IMG/VR virus record: IMGVR_UViG_3300025924_000001
Span: 47,865-111,864 of that record
DNA length: 64,000 nucleotides
From: a virus
Taxonomy: Duplodnaviria > Caudoviricetes
Strand: one strand, 5' to 3'
Below the pieces are notes generated by a model that searched no databases, was not told the DNA's origin, and saw only the letters and a list, made by a program, of their open reading frames with translations. Positions 50,761 through 60,517 of the stretch are shown in pieces (the stretch's first letter is position 1; each line of letters begins with the position of its first letter). The translations under genes and the position numbers were made by a program.

Positions 50761-53700
50761 TCACGCTCGCTTCACGCTCACACGCGCGCCCTCGATGTCA
50801 CGCACGTAGCTCTGAGTGAGGCGGAGCATGGACGGGTACCCCTCCAGGTGAGCGACGTACTCATCCCCCTCCTGGGTGAGCGAGCGGACGGCGTGGCACG
50901 TCCTCGCCAGGCGAATGGCGACGAACACCAGGGACTGCACGTCTCCCTCGATGGTGATCCTCGCCGTGCCTCGGCCCTGCTCCAGGGAGGCGACCACGAC
51001 GTCCAGGTCCTCGACCAGCTCGGCCACCCGGTCGGTCAGGGCCTCGCCCCGCTCGGCGAGCTGTGCGATGATCTTCATCTGAGACTCCGTTCCTCGTTCC
51101 TTGATGATACTACCTTACCACGCAGCGCTGCTCTTGTAAACCCCTGGCCCCAGAATCCTGGCCCAGTTCCTGGGCCTGGCTGAGCGCGGGGCCCAGCCAG
51201 TTCCGCGCCCTAGAGCCCCAGGATCCGCGTGCCCCGCGGGTCGAGGCCCAGCGCCTCGATCACGTGCTGCACGCTGCGGCACGCGACGGGGTGGCTCTCA
51301 CCCGCGACGAGCAGCGAGAACGAGGTGCGCCCGGTGCGGCGCAGGGTGCCCTCGAAGCGGTCCCCCAGCCACAGCTCGTGGCCCTGGCCAACGGCGCGCG
51401 TGGTCACGTCCAGCGCGTCGTAGGCGCGCTCGAAGCTGGCCGCGCTGACGTGGCTGCGACGGCCGGCCACGTCCCTGAGCTCGACCCGGTCGCCCTCCAC
51501 GCCCTCGAGGAAGAACAGCTCGCCGGTGTAGTGGTCGGCGTAGCGGGGGTGCTGGCTGGCGTCCATCGTGGCCTCCTGCGGTTCCTGGTTCCTGCTGATG
51601 GGTTAATCATACACCAGCGGTGGGGGTTTGTAAACCCCCACCGCCAAGATCTTTAGCGCGTCCCGTCCAGCCACGCCTGGCCGGCCTGGCGCGCCCAGGC
51701 CACGAAGTCGTCGCCGTCCATCCTGGAGCCCGTCACGAGCTCCGCGAGCGCGTCCATCTCGTTGGCGCCCCAGCGGCGCTCACCCTCCGCGTTGAGGGCC
51801 GTCGACCACGCCTCCGCGTCGGACGCCGGCGCGTCCTCGCCGAGCTCCGCGTTGACCTCGGCGATCGCGATCAGCAGCTGGTGGTCGGTGAGGTTCTTGA
51901 CGTTCATCTCGAGCTCCGTTCCTGGTTCCGTCTGGTAGGACCAGCTTACCACGAGCTGGGAGCGTTGTAAACCCCCAGCTCGTGGGCCGCTCAGCTGGCG
52001 AGCCGCGCGATGGCCTCACGGGCGCTCAGCAGCTCCGCCACGGCACGCTTGCGGGTCTCCCACGTGATGCGGGGGCTGGCGATCCGGCGGGCGCGCTGGC
52101 GCAGCTCCACGGTGCCCAGGGCGGCCTGATCGGTCGTGCTCAGCTTGAGCTCGCAGCGCCAGCCGTGGCGCTTGGTGACGCGCACCAGGACGTTGTTCAC
52201 GCTGTGGTTCACGTTCTCGGTGTAGCGGACCACCTCACCCACCAGCACGCCGTCCACGACCACGTCGTAGCGCGGCTGACCGTCGTACGTGTCCTTGGCG
52301 TTGCGGTTGAGCTCGACCGTCTCGCTCATGACGTCCTCCATCGTTCCGGGGTTCCTGGCTTGCTAGGTCCTACCTTACCAGAGCGAGGGGGCTTTGTAAA
52401 CCCCCTCGCTCGAGTTCCCTCAGCTGGCGTCGACGAACGGGCCCACCGCGCCGGCCCACTCGAAGCCGACGTTGTGGCCGTCCGTGCCGACCACCACGCC
52501 GCTGTTGAGGGCCCCGTTGCCCACGCCGTAGACGTGGACCAGGCCGGTGGCCAGCCCCACGGTGAGCGCGGCGCAGAGGACGATGACGGCGACGCTGACG
52601 GTGGCGATGGCCTGGGCGGCGAGCTTCATGACGGTCTCCTCGGGTTCCGGGTTCCTGGCTTGCTGGTACCTATCGTACCACGTCGGTGCGAGGATGTAAA
52701 CAGCCTCGCACCAACGCGGTGCGCCGGGCTCAGCGCTTGTCGGCGTCCGGGCGGACGTGCAGCAGGTGCCGCCCGTGGATCTCCCAGTCGTGATCGGCCT
52801 GCGTCAGGTTCATGCGGGCGGGGTTGGAGGCCAGCACGACCTCGTCGCGGCGCTCCAGGTCCGCCAGCACCGTAGCCAGCGTGGCCTTGCTCACGCCCGG
52901 CAGCTCCGCGGCGATCAGCCGCAGCGCCACCCAGTCGGTGCCCGGCTTGGCCCACTTGGCGTACGCCTCGCGGATCGCCCGGTCGAACCTGGCCATGACC
53001 CTCGCGTCCATCGGTTCCTCCTCGTTCGTTCCTGGCCTGCTGGAACCATCGTACCACGGCTCGGCGAGGTTGTAAACCCCTGGGCTCGCAACCTCGCCCG
53101 CCGCGACGTCACTCGCCGTGCCGGTGCAGCGAGAACCGCAGCCCGTCGCGCTCGAGGGCCACCCAGCGGCCCTCGTTCAGGTCGAGCACGGTCAGCTGGC
53201 TCGCGGCCTGCGCGAGGTGGGCGAGCCGCACCACGGTCTCGTCCGAGAGCGCGAGCCGGCTCTCGACCCACTCCCGCAGCTCGCCGAGGATGAAGTCGAC
53301 GAGGGCGCGGCGCGCGTCCTCGAGGCTACCCTGCGCGAGGGCGGTGCGGCTCGCCATCGCGGCGTCCTCCTCGGTGCGGGCGTTGGCGGCGGTGCGGCGG
53401 AGCGTCCAGGTGGTCATGCTTCCTCGTTTCCTAGTTCCCGTCTGGCTGGTAGAACCATCCTACACCAGGTGAGGGGGTTTGTAAACCCCCTCACCCAGGA
53501 TCCTCTCAGGCGACGTGCGACGGCACCGCACCGAGCCGGGTGCGCGGCCCGTCCACGATCCCGCAGGCCTCCTCGAACGTGTCGAGGTCGCTCGTGTGCC
53601 GGCGGGCCTCGCCGAGGGCCAGCAGCAGCCGCAGGCTGTCCTCGTCGCCCGTGAACTCGTAGCGGTTCTCGTCACTCAGGCTCATCGTGAGCTCGGGGCG

Positions 53701-55960
53701 GCTCGGCAGCAGCCGCATCGTGGCGCACACGAGGGCGTAGGCGCGGTTCTCGGCCTCCTCGGCGTCGCGGCCGATGATCTCGATGACCATGGTGAGCGCG
53801 TTCACGGGGTTCCTCCTGCGGTTCCTGGTTCCTGACTGGCTGATAGACCTATCCTACACCGAGCGAGGGGGTTTGTAAACCCCCTCGCTCAAGATCTTCT
53901 ACCGCACGTACGCCCAGAGGAGGCCGGCCTCACCGCTCGCGTCGCGCCAGCGGGTCACGCGCTCGAAGGCGACGGCCCAGATCAGGTCGTCGGCCACGTA
54001 CAGGTCCGACGCGTGTCCCAGCTCAACCCTCGCGGGCGGCTCGACCAGCGAGGTGGTGCGGTCGACGATGCTGACCCGACCGGTCAGGTCGTCGAACCAG
54101 GCGATCTGGTGGTCGCTCACGGTGTCCTCCGGTTCCTCGTTCCTGCGTTCTGGTACCAGTCTACACCGTGAGCGCGACTTTGTAAACCCCTCTACGCGAC
54201 CCGCTCGAACATGATCTTGGCGACGTCCGCGTCCCGGTACGCGACGGGCGGCGCGGTGTGCGTCAACAGCAGCCACGCCGCGCGCAGCCGCAGCAGGGTG
54301 GCGTTGGCCGTGAACGCCACGCACGTCGCGTCGCGCCACCGCTCCGGGTCGTCGAGCCAGCGGACGACGAACCGGCTCCCGTTCACCTGGCGTACCTCGC
54401 ACGGCCGCACGCACAGCCAGGTGAAGCCCTCGCTCACAGGTTGACCTCGTGGCCGTCGCGGAGCACGCGCACGTCGCTGACGAGGTTGAGGTACGATCCC
54501 GAGTCGACCGAGCGCGCCGTCTTCCGCGCGTTCGTCTCCACGGTGGTCTGGTGAACGGTCAGCCAGCCGGCGTACGCGTTCATCGACGTCACCTTGATCT
54601 TGATCTGAACCTCGTACATCATCCGCTCCGTTTCCTGGTTCCTGCTTGACTGAGTCCAGTCTACCACGTCCGAGGACGTTTGTAAACCCCTACTCGGCGA
54701 CGAGCCCGACGGGCCGCCCCACCGCCTGCGCGAGCGCGGCGCTCAGCTTGCCGCGACGGTTGACGACGGGCCCGCCCGTCCACGTCGCGCCCGCGTACAC
54801 CAGCCACGCCCCGCCCAGCTTCACGAACGACCACTCCCGTCCCGTCGCCTCGCTCAGCTGCCGCGCGATCGCGTCGTGCACCCGCGACGGCGGGTTCTCG
54901 CTGAAGTCCCGACCCCTGAGGGTGATCGGCTCGCTCATCGTCCGCTCCGTTCCGTTCCGTCTTCCTGGCCTGCGACCAGCCTACCACGAACGGCGTGAGA
55001 TGTAAACCCCTGGCTCACGCCGAACGCGGTGAGCCCTCGTCAGCGCCCCGTCGCCGCGCGCAGGTACAGCTCCTGCGTCCCGTCCGGTCGCACCACGCGC
55101 ACCGCCCGCCGGCGACGCGCGGCGCGGTACACCGCGTTGGCCTCACCCAGCGCGACCGCCAGGCTCGCCGCCTCCCCCACCGCGCGCCACGTCCCGCCCC
55201 GTCGAACCTGCAGCTTCAGCATGACCGCCTCCTATTATCTCTTCCGGTTCCGCGTTCCTGGTCCTACCTTACCACGCCGTGGCGTGGATGTAAACACCTT
55301 CAGCGAAGCAGCTCCCGCGCCACGTGCAGCAGCGCGTGCGCGAGCGCCCCGACCGCGCCGTGGCGGTGGTGCCGTCGGTGGCGCGAGCGCCGCGCTCGCG
55401 GCGCGGGCCGAGCCACCGGCGCGCTCACGAACGGCACCCACACCCAGCCGAGCTGGGGGTGCCACGCCCAGCCGGCGGGTGGCACCTGGCGTGGCACCCG
55501 TGACACCTGACGTGGCACCCGTGGCACCGCGGGCCTCACGCCCGCGTCCAGACGGTGATCCCGATGGTCGAGAGCTCGCGCCAGCCGGCCTCGGTCTGGA
55601 GGCGCAGCACGCGCGTGCCCCACGCCAGCAGGTGGCCCGCGGCCACGGGCGCGTCGTCGCGGTCGGCCACGACGACCGCCTGGCCGAGGTACGCGGTGCG
55701 ACGGGTGAGGCGCTTGACGGGGGTGGTGGGCTCGCTCACGGCTTCCTCGTTTCCTGGTTCCTGCGTTCTGTACCTATCCTACCACGCGCGAGGGGGTTTG
55801 TAAACCCCCTCACCCGCGCCGATCAGCGCGCGAGCCAGTCGCGCTCGTCCTGGCTCAGGTCCGAGAGCCGCACGGCCCAGCCCCAGCGCCACTCGAAGGC
55901 CACGGCGTCGATCCCCAGCTCGTCGACCTCGTCCTGCGTGAGCTCACGGTCCGCGTCCAT
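50761..55960 (-). other. Array of 16 small ORFs (45-118 aa), most with their own promoter
   Basis: 50761-51078, 51210-51566, 51653-51907, 51991-52329, 52420-52629, 52730-53011, 53109-53417, 53506-53805, 53899-54120, 54192-54437, 54434-54622, 54690-54938, 55040-55222, 55300-55539, 55536-55739, 55823-55960. Confidence 0.8.
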
Positions 55961-56031
55961 CCCGTCCTCCGGTTCCTCGTTCCTGCCTGACTGAGACCAG
56001 CCTACCCCACGAGCGGCCGAATGTAAACCCC
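51079..56031 (-). promoter_or_regulatory. 14 copies of a promoter/leader element: TTTACA-N17-TAnnnT, then GGAAC-repeat leader and SD
   Basis: -35 (tgtaaa on plus) at 51135, 51629, 51966, 52395, 52695, 53071, 53480, 53874, 54181, 54681, 55001, 55289, 55799, 56022; every spacer is 17 bp. Confidence 0.9.
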
Positions 56032-56251
56032 TGTTTGGGGGTGTCTTTCTGCGAGCTCGCACGGTATAATCCCGCGCCCACTCGCGTCGCGTTCCTTAGA
56101 CCTGAGGGCCGAGCGCGACCGCACTCCACCCCCACCGCGACCCACCCACCCCCACCCCCGTGCGGGAAGCCCTCACGCAAAAATTTTTTTACGGGTGATT
56201 GACGACGAGCAGCAAGCGATGAGCGGTGCGCGCCGCACCGGCCCGGCGCCC

Positions 56252-57055
56252 TCACGCCTCGAGGCTCCCCCTCAGCGCGTCCGCCAGCGCCTCCAGGTCC
56301 AGGGCCGTCGCCTCACCGGCCCCGACCACCTCAGCCACGGCACCCGCCACGGACGACCGCGTCACCGGCACCCGGCGCTCCGCGACGGCCAGCAGCTCCC
56401 GCGGGTCCGCCCCAACGCTCAGCAGCCACCGGACCGCCGCCAGCTCCCGCCGCCGGACCCGTCGCCGGTCACCCTCGCACCCCTTGCAGGTCCCGCGCCG
56501 GCCGTCCGCCTTGTTCCCGTCCCGGTAGAACTCGGCCAGCGGGCGCCGCTCCCCGCACCGCCCGCAGGCCTTCACCGGGACCGCCTCGACCCCCGTCGAG
56601 GGGTCGGTGGACACGGGCGCTCGCGCGATCTGACAGCTAACCCCCTCCGTGTCAGAAAGCCTCCCGGAACCGGTTCCAGGACCCGTCCCGGGCCCGCTCC
56701 CAGCCTGCTTCCCAGCCAGTTCCGCAGCCGGTTCCGGCCCAGGTTCCAGCTCGGTTCCACCCCTCGCGGATCCGCCCGGCCGAGGTTCCGCCTCAACCCG
56801 TGCTCCCACCACCCAGCTCAGCCGCTCGCCGCCTCTCGCCCCGTTCCCGGCCTGGCCCAGCCGAGCCCCCAGCTCAACCGCCTCGCGCCGCGTCGCGGCC
56901 ACGAGTCCCGCCACGAGCGCCAGCACCTCGTCCACGCCCGCCGCGTCCAGGCCCCGCCGCCAGAGCGTCGCCTCCACCTCGTCCAGGCCCAGCGCGCCGT
57001 CGCGCTCCCGAGCCTCCCGAACCTCCCGCTCCCTCGTCGCCACCCCTCGCCTCAT
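56252..57055 (-). CDS. Zinc-finger protein
   Basis: KACGRCGERRPLAEFY...DG....CKGC treble-clef motif. Confidence 0.55.
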   Translation of the reverse strand: MRRGVATREREVREARERDGALGLDEVEATLWRRGLDAAGVDEVLALVAGLVAATRREAVELGARLGQAGNGARGGERLSWVVGARVEAEPRPGGSARGGTELEPGPEPAAELAGKQAGSGPGTGPGTGSGRLSDTEGVSCQIARAPVSTDPSTGVEAVPVKACGRCGERRPLAEFYRDGNKADGRRGTCKGCEGDRRRVRRRELAAVRWLLSVGADPRELLAVAERRVPVTRSSVAGAVAEVVGAGEATALDLEALADALRGSLEA

Positions 57056-57539
57056 CTCGCCCTCACCACCCGTTCCGACCCCCTACCTCAGCCGCTCGCC
57101 GCCTCAACCGGCCTCACCAGTAAAACCTATCAGCGAGGCCCGTCGTGAGCCTCTGCGGTGACCTCACGTCACCTAGCGTCTCGTCCACTCCATGATGAAC
57201 GCGCCGTCCTCGAGCAGCCACGCTCGACGGTCGCCGCGCTGCGGCTGCCAGCGGTGAAACGCCTCGACCGCGACGTCGCGGTCGTAGCCCTGGTACACCG
57301 TTCGCTCGGTGCGGTCGTTGGCGACCGTGATCTCGTACAGGGACCCGTCCCGGGGGTCCCGACGCTCCAGCCTCGTGGGTTCCTGCCCCGGCTTGTAGCT
57401 TGCCTCCCCCGCGGCACGGTGGAGGTCATCCCAGTTGATGGGCACGTTGTGGTTCCTCTCAGTAATCAATCGACCGGCCGCCATTGCTCCCCTGCTCCCC
57501 TGATTTGCCTATTACGCTCTCTACTAGGTGGAGAAGCCC

Positions 57540-57815
57540 ACCTAGTAGGCCGTTTGGTCTAACCTCTTCCTACCTATCCTTCCTTATACTCTACTTTTCC
57601 TCTAGAGGGGGAGTAAGTAGAGTAATAGGTATAAAGGTAATGGTAGAGGATAAGTTGATCTTGTTCTCAAGGGGTGAAATCAGGGGTGCACTAGGGGGTG
57701 CACCCCCGCGACCAGGGGGTGCAGCCCCGTCACCACGCTGGTGCTGATCCGGCGTGCACCCCCACCGGTGCACCCCTCTTGCTCCCCCGGTGCACCCCGT
57801 GACCACCCCCTCACT
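57540..57815. other. Putative replication origin (AT-rich element plus iterons)
   Basis: AT-rich imperfect palindrome centred near 57603 and six GTGCA(C) iterons at 57686-57795, just downstream of the primase-helicase. Confidence 0.7.
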
Positions 57816-57824
57816 TGGTCACGC

Positions 57825-60257
57825 TCAGTGACCACCGCTCGCCGCGGCCCACGACGGCAGGGGGTGCGTCAACGCGATGCCCTCGTAGTAGTACGAGCGG
57901 TGCCCACCCACCATCCGCTGCCGCTTCTTGACCTCGTCCGCCGCGCCCTTCAGCAGCCGACCGAACCGCATCTTCTGCGCCGCCTCATCCTTGAACCCGC
58001 CGTGCCGCGTCGCCCACGCCTGGAACAGGTCATCCACCGGCACCGTCTCGTCCGGGCCGAGCCGGCACTCCTCGCGGAGGAACGGCAGGATCGGGTTCGC
58101 GAGATCCCCGAGCTCCTCCACCGCCTCCGCGGCCGCGCCCGGCACGGTCCAGCCCCGCTCGTTGAGCCGGTCCAGCCCCTCGAGCGCCCAGCTCAGGATC
58201 CCGGGCAGCTCCGGCTCGAACCGCCGCCACAGGTCCGGCTCCTCCTTGTTCACGTAGCTGCGAGTGTACTGCGCCACGAGCGTGCGGTACGGCAGCGCGC
58301 CCGCGGCGTCCGGCAGCTGGGGCACCTCGTTCGCCATCAGCATCAGCCGCGTCGACAGCCGGCCGGTCCACGGCGCGCGGTTCTTCCGGTCCACGTCCAG
58401 CGTCCCCTCGCCCACGATCGACAGCAGGCGTTCCACCGCGACCTCGAGGTCCACGCGCCGCGGGTCCGGCACGCGCACGTCGTCGAACACCGCCAGGGAC
58501 CGGTTGATGAACGACGCCATGCCGAACTGCGTCGTGAACCCGTTCAGGGTCGGTCCAACCACGTTCTCCTCGCCCAGCAGCCGCGTCAGCACCCACGCGA
58601 ACGTGCCCTTGCCGGACCGCTTCGGGCCGACGAGGAACAGCATCTTCTGCCGGTCCGTCCGACCCGACACGCAGTACCCGGCCCACTCCTGCAGCAGCGC
58701 GGGCGTGTCGGGGTCCCCGTCGAACACCTCGGCGAGGTACGCCTCCCACGCGGGGCAGCGCGCCGTCGGGTCGTGCTCGAACGGCAGCGCCGACAGGTTG
58801 AAGAGCCGCGGCGTCGGCGGCCGCAGCTCGCGCGTCGCCACGTCCAGCAGGCCGTTCGCAACCGCCACGAGCCGCCCCGGTCCCGCCTCCGCCGCACCGG
58901 CGTCCCCGAGCCAGTCCCCGGCCGCGACCGTCTCCGGCAGGTACGTCACCGCCTCCAGCGCGTCCACCACGTTCGCGATGCGGTGCCGGTTCGGCGACCA
59001 CTCCGTCGCCACCAGGGTCTGGTTCTCGCCACGGCCCACCGCCCGGAGGTAGGTCGCCTCCCCGAACCGGGCGTAGAGGGCGCTCTTCAGCCGCGCCGGG
59101 GTCACCTCGCCCCAGTGGGTGCCGGTCCAGGCCCGCCACTCCCCGCGCCACCAGTGCAGGCCCCGCGCCCCGTTACCGGCCACCCGCCACTCCCGGTCCA
59201 GCGTCTCCGCGGCGCGCAGGAAGTCGTTCTCGCCACCGTAGTGATCGGGCGCGGTCCCGTCCGGCGGCGGGCCGCTCAGCGCCCGCGGCTCAACGGCGAC
59301 GGCGCTGGGCTCACCCGCCGCAGCCGGCTCCGTGACCTCGACCTCGACCGACGGCGCGGTCGTCAGCACCGCGAACCCCGAGGGCGCGGCCGACGAGCTC
59401 GCGGTGGGCAGCGTCACCTCGAACGGGGCGTGGTTCACCTCGTGCTGCTTGACGCAGTACTCCCAGTGGTGCTCGAACCGGTCCCGGTTCGCCTCGGTCC
59501 ACGGCCACGAGGGGTCCGAGAGCGGCAGCGTCTGCGCGTACGCCAGCCACCTCACCCACGCGCGCTCCTTGTCCGTCTCCCCCGCCGCGACCAGCGCGCC
59601 GGTGAAGCTGAACAGGTCCGCGTCGTTGCCGTTCCCCGCGCCGCTTCCACCGCCACTCGGCAGCCCCACCCGGGCCTCGGCGTGGTCCGCCAGCAGCGCC
59701 TGGTGCAGGTCGTCGCCGGGCCACAGCTCGATCAGGGTCAGCTCGCCGCGCGCCCCCAGCACCGGCTCGTACAGGTCACCGCTGGGGTGCACCGACTCGG
59801 GAACCGGCACGAAGCCGTTCGCCTTGATGTCCCAGCCCCCGAGGTTGACCTGCCGGGGCCACTGGTCCCGCGGCACCCGCCGCGCGTCCACCCAGTAGTG
59901 GCGGTTCCCCGCCGTGCCCCGCCGCGTGAACGGGCGGTGGCCGTGGCTCTCGAGGACGTCGGCGGTGTTCGAGGTGCGGAACCGCTCCTCGTCGTCGACG
60001 TCGATCACGAGCAGGCCGGCCTCGGGGGAGCAGACCTGGCCCACCTGGTGGTCGGGGCTCTCGCAGTACGTGGTCGTGCCGTACAGGTACGACTCAACCG
60101 GCCGCGACAGCGCGAAGATCTTCTCCCAGCGCACCACCGCGTCGTGGACGCCGTCGCCGTCGACCGCGGTTCCACGCCGCCGCGGAACCGCGCGCCACGG
60201 GATGAGGGTGAACCTGAACGGCTCCGCGACCTCGACCCACTCCAGCACGTCCGGCAT
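57825..60257 (-). CDS. Primase-polymerase / D5-like SF3 helicase
   Basis: Prim-Pol motifs LLVIDVD, H.YW, DIKANGFV..PES.H; D5_N (VANGLLD); Walker A GPKRSGKGT; LAVFDD; LMANE. Confidence 0.88.
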   Translation of the reverse strand: MPDVLEWVEVAEPFRFTLIPWRAVPRRRGTAVDGDGVHDAVVRWEKIFALSRPVESYLYGTTTYCESPDHQVGQVCSPEAGLLVIDVDDEERFRTSNTADVLESHGHRPFTRRGTAGNRHYWVDARRVPRDQWPRQVNLGGWDIKANGFVPVPESVHPSGDLYEPVLGARGELTLIELWPGDDLHQALLADHAEARVGLPSGGGSGAGNGNDADLFSFTGALVAAGETDKERAWVRWLAYAQTLPLSDPSWPWTEANRDRFEHHWEYCVKQHEVNHAPFEVTLPTASSSAAPSGFAVLTTAPSVEVEVTEPAAAGEPSAVAVEPRALSGPPPDGTAPDHYGGENDFLRAAETLDREWRVAGNGARGLHWWRGEWRAWTGTHWGEVTPARLKSALYARFGEATYLRAVGRGENQTLVATEWSPNRHRIANVVDALEAVTYLPETVAAGDWLGDAGAAEAGPGRLVAVANGLLDVATRELRPPTPRLFNLSALPFEHDPTARCPAWEAYLAEVFDGDPDTPALLQEWAGYCVSGRTDRQKMLFLVGPKRSGKGTFAWVLTRLLGEENVVGPTLNGFTTQFGMASFINRSLAVFDDVRVPDPRRVDLEVAVERLLSIVGEGTLDVDRKNRAPWTGRLSTRLMLMANEVPQLPDAAGALPYRTLVAQYTRSYVNKEEPDLWRRFEPELPGILSWALEGLDRLNERGWTVPGAAAEAVEELGDLANPILPFLREECRLGPDETVPVDDLFQAWATRHGGFKDEAAQKMRFGRLLKGAADEVKKRQRMVGGHRSYYYEGIALTHPLPSWAAASGGH

Positions 60258-60517
60258 GGTAAGGTTCTCCTAGCTCAGTTGTGTTCAGCGTGGTCCCACC
60301 CGGCGAGGCGTTCGTCGCGTGGGGGGTGTTCGGGGAGACGAGAGGCGGCACCAGGCCAAGAGCCTGGTGCCGCCTCTTCTCGTCTACCGGCTCAGGTCAC
60401 CGGCCACCGTTCCTCTCACTCGTTCCATCCCCGCTCGCTCAGTCCGTCGGTTGATCCTACCCCCGGCCCCGGTCCGCGGAACCGGCTCCCGGGGACGAGC
60501 TCGAGGGCGCGAACGTC

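Noticed and set aside
51079-56031. Repeat array as CRISPR or a true integron
   Set aside because: The intervals are 200-500 bp ORFs; the repeats are degenerate promoters lacking attC R/L boxes; no integrase in the window.
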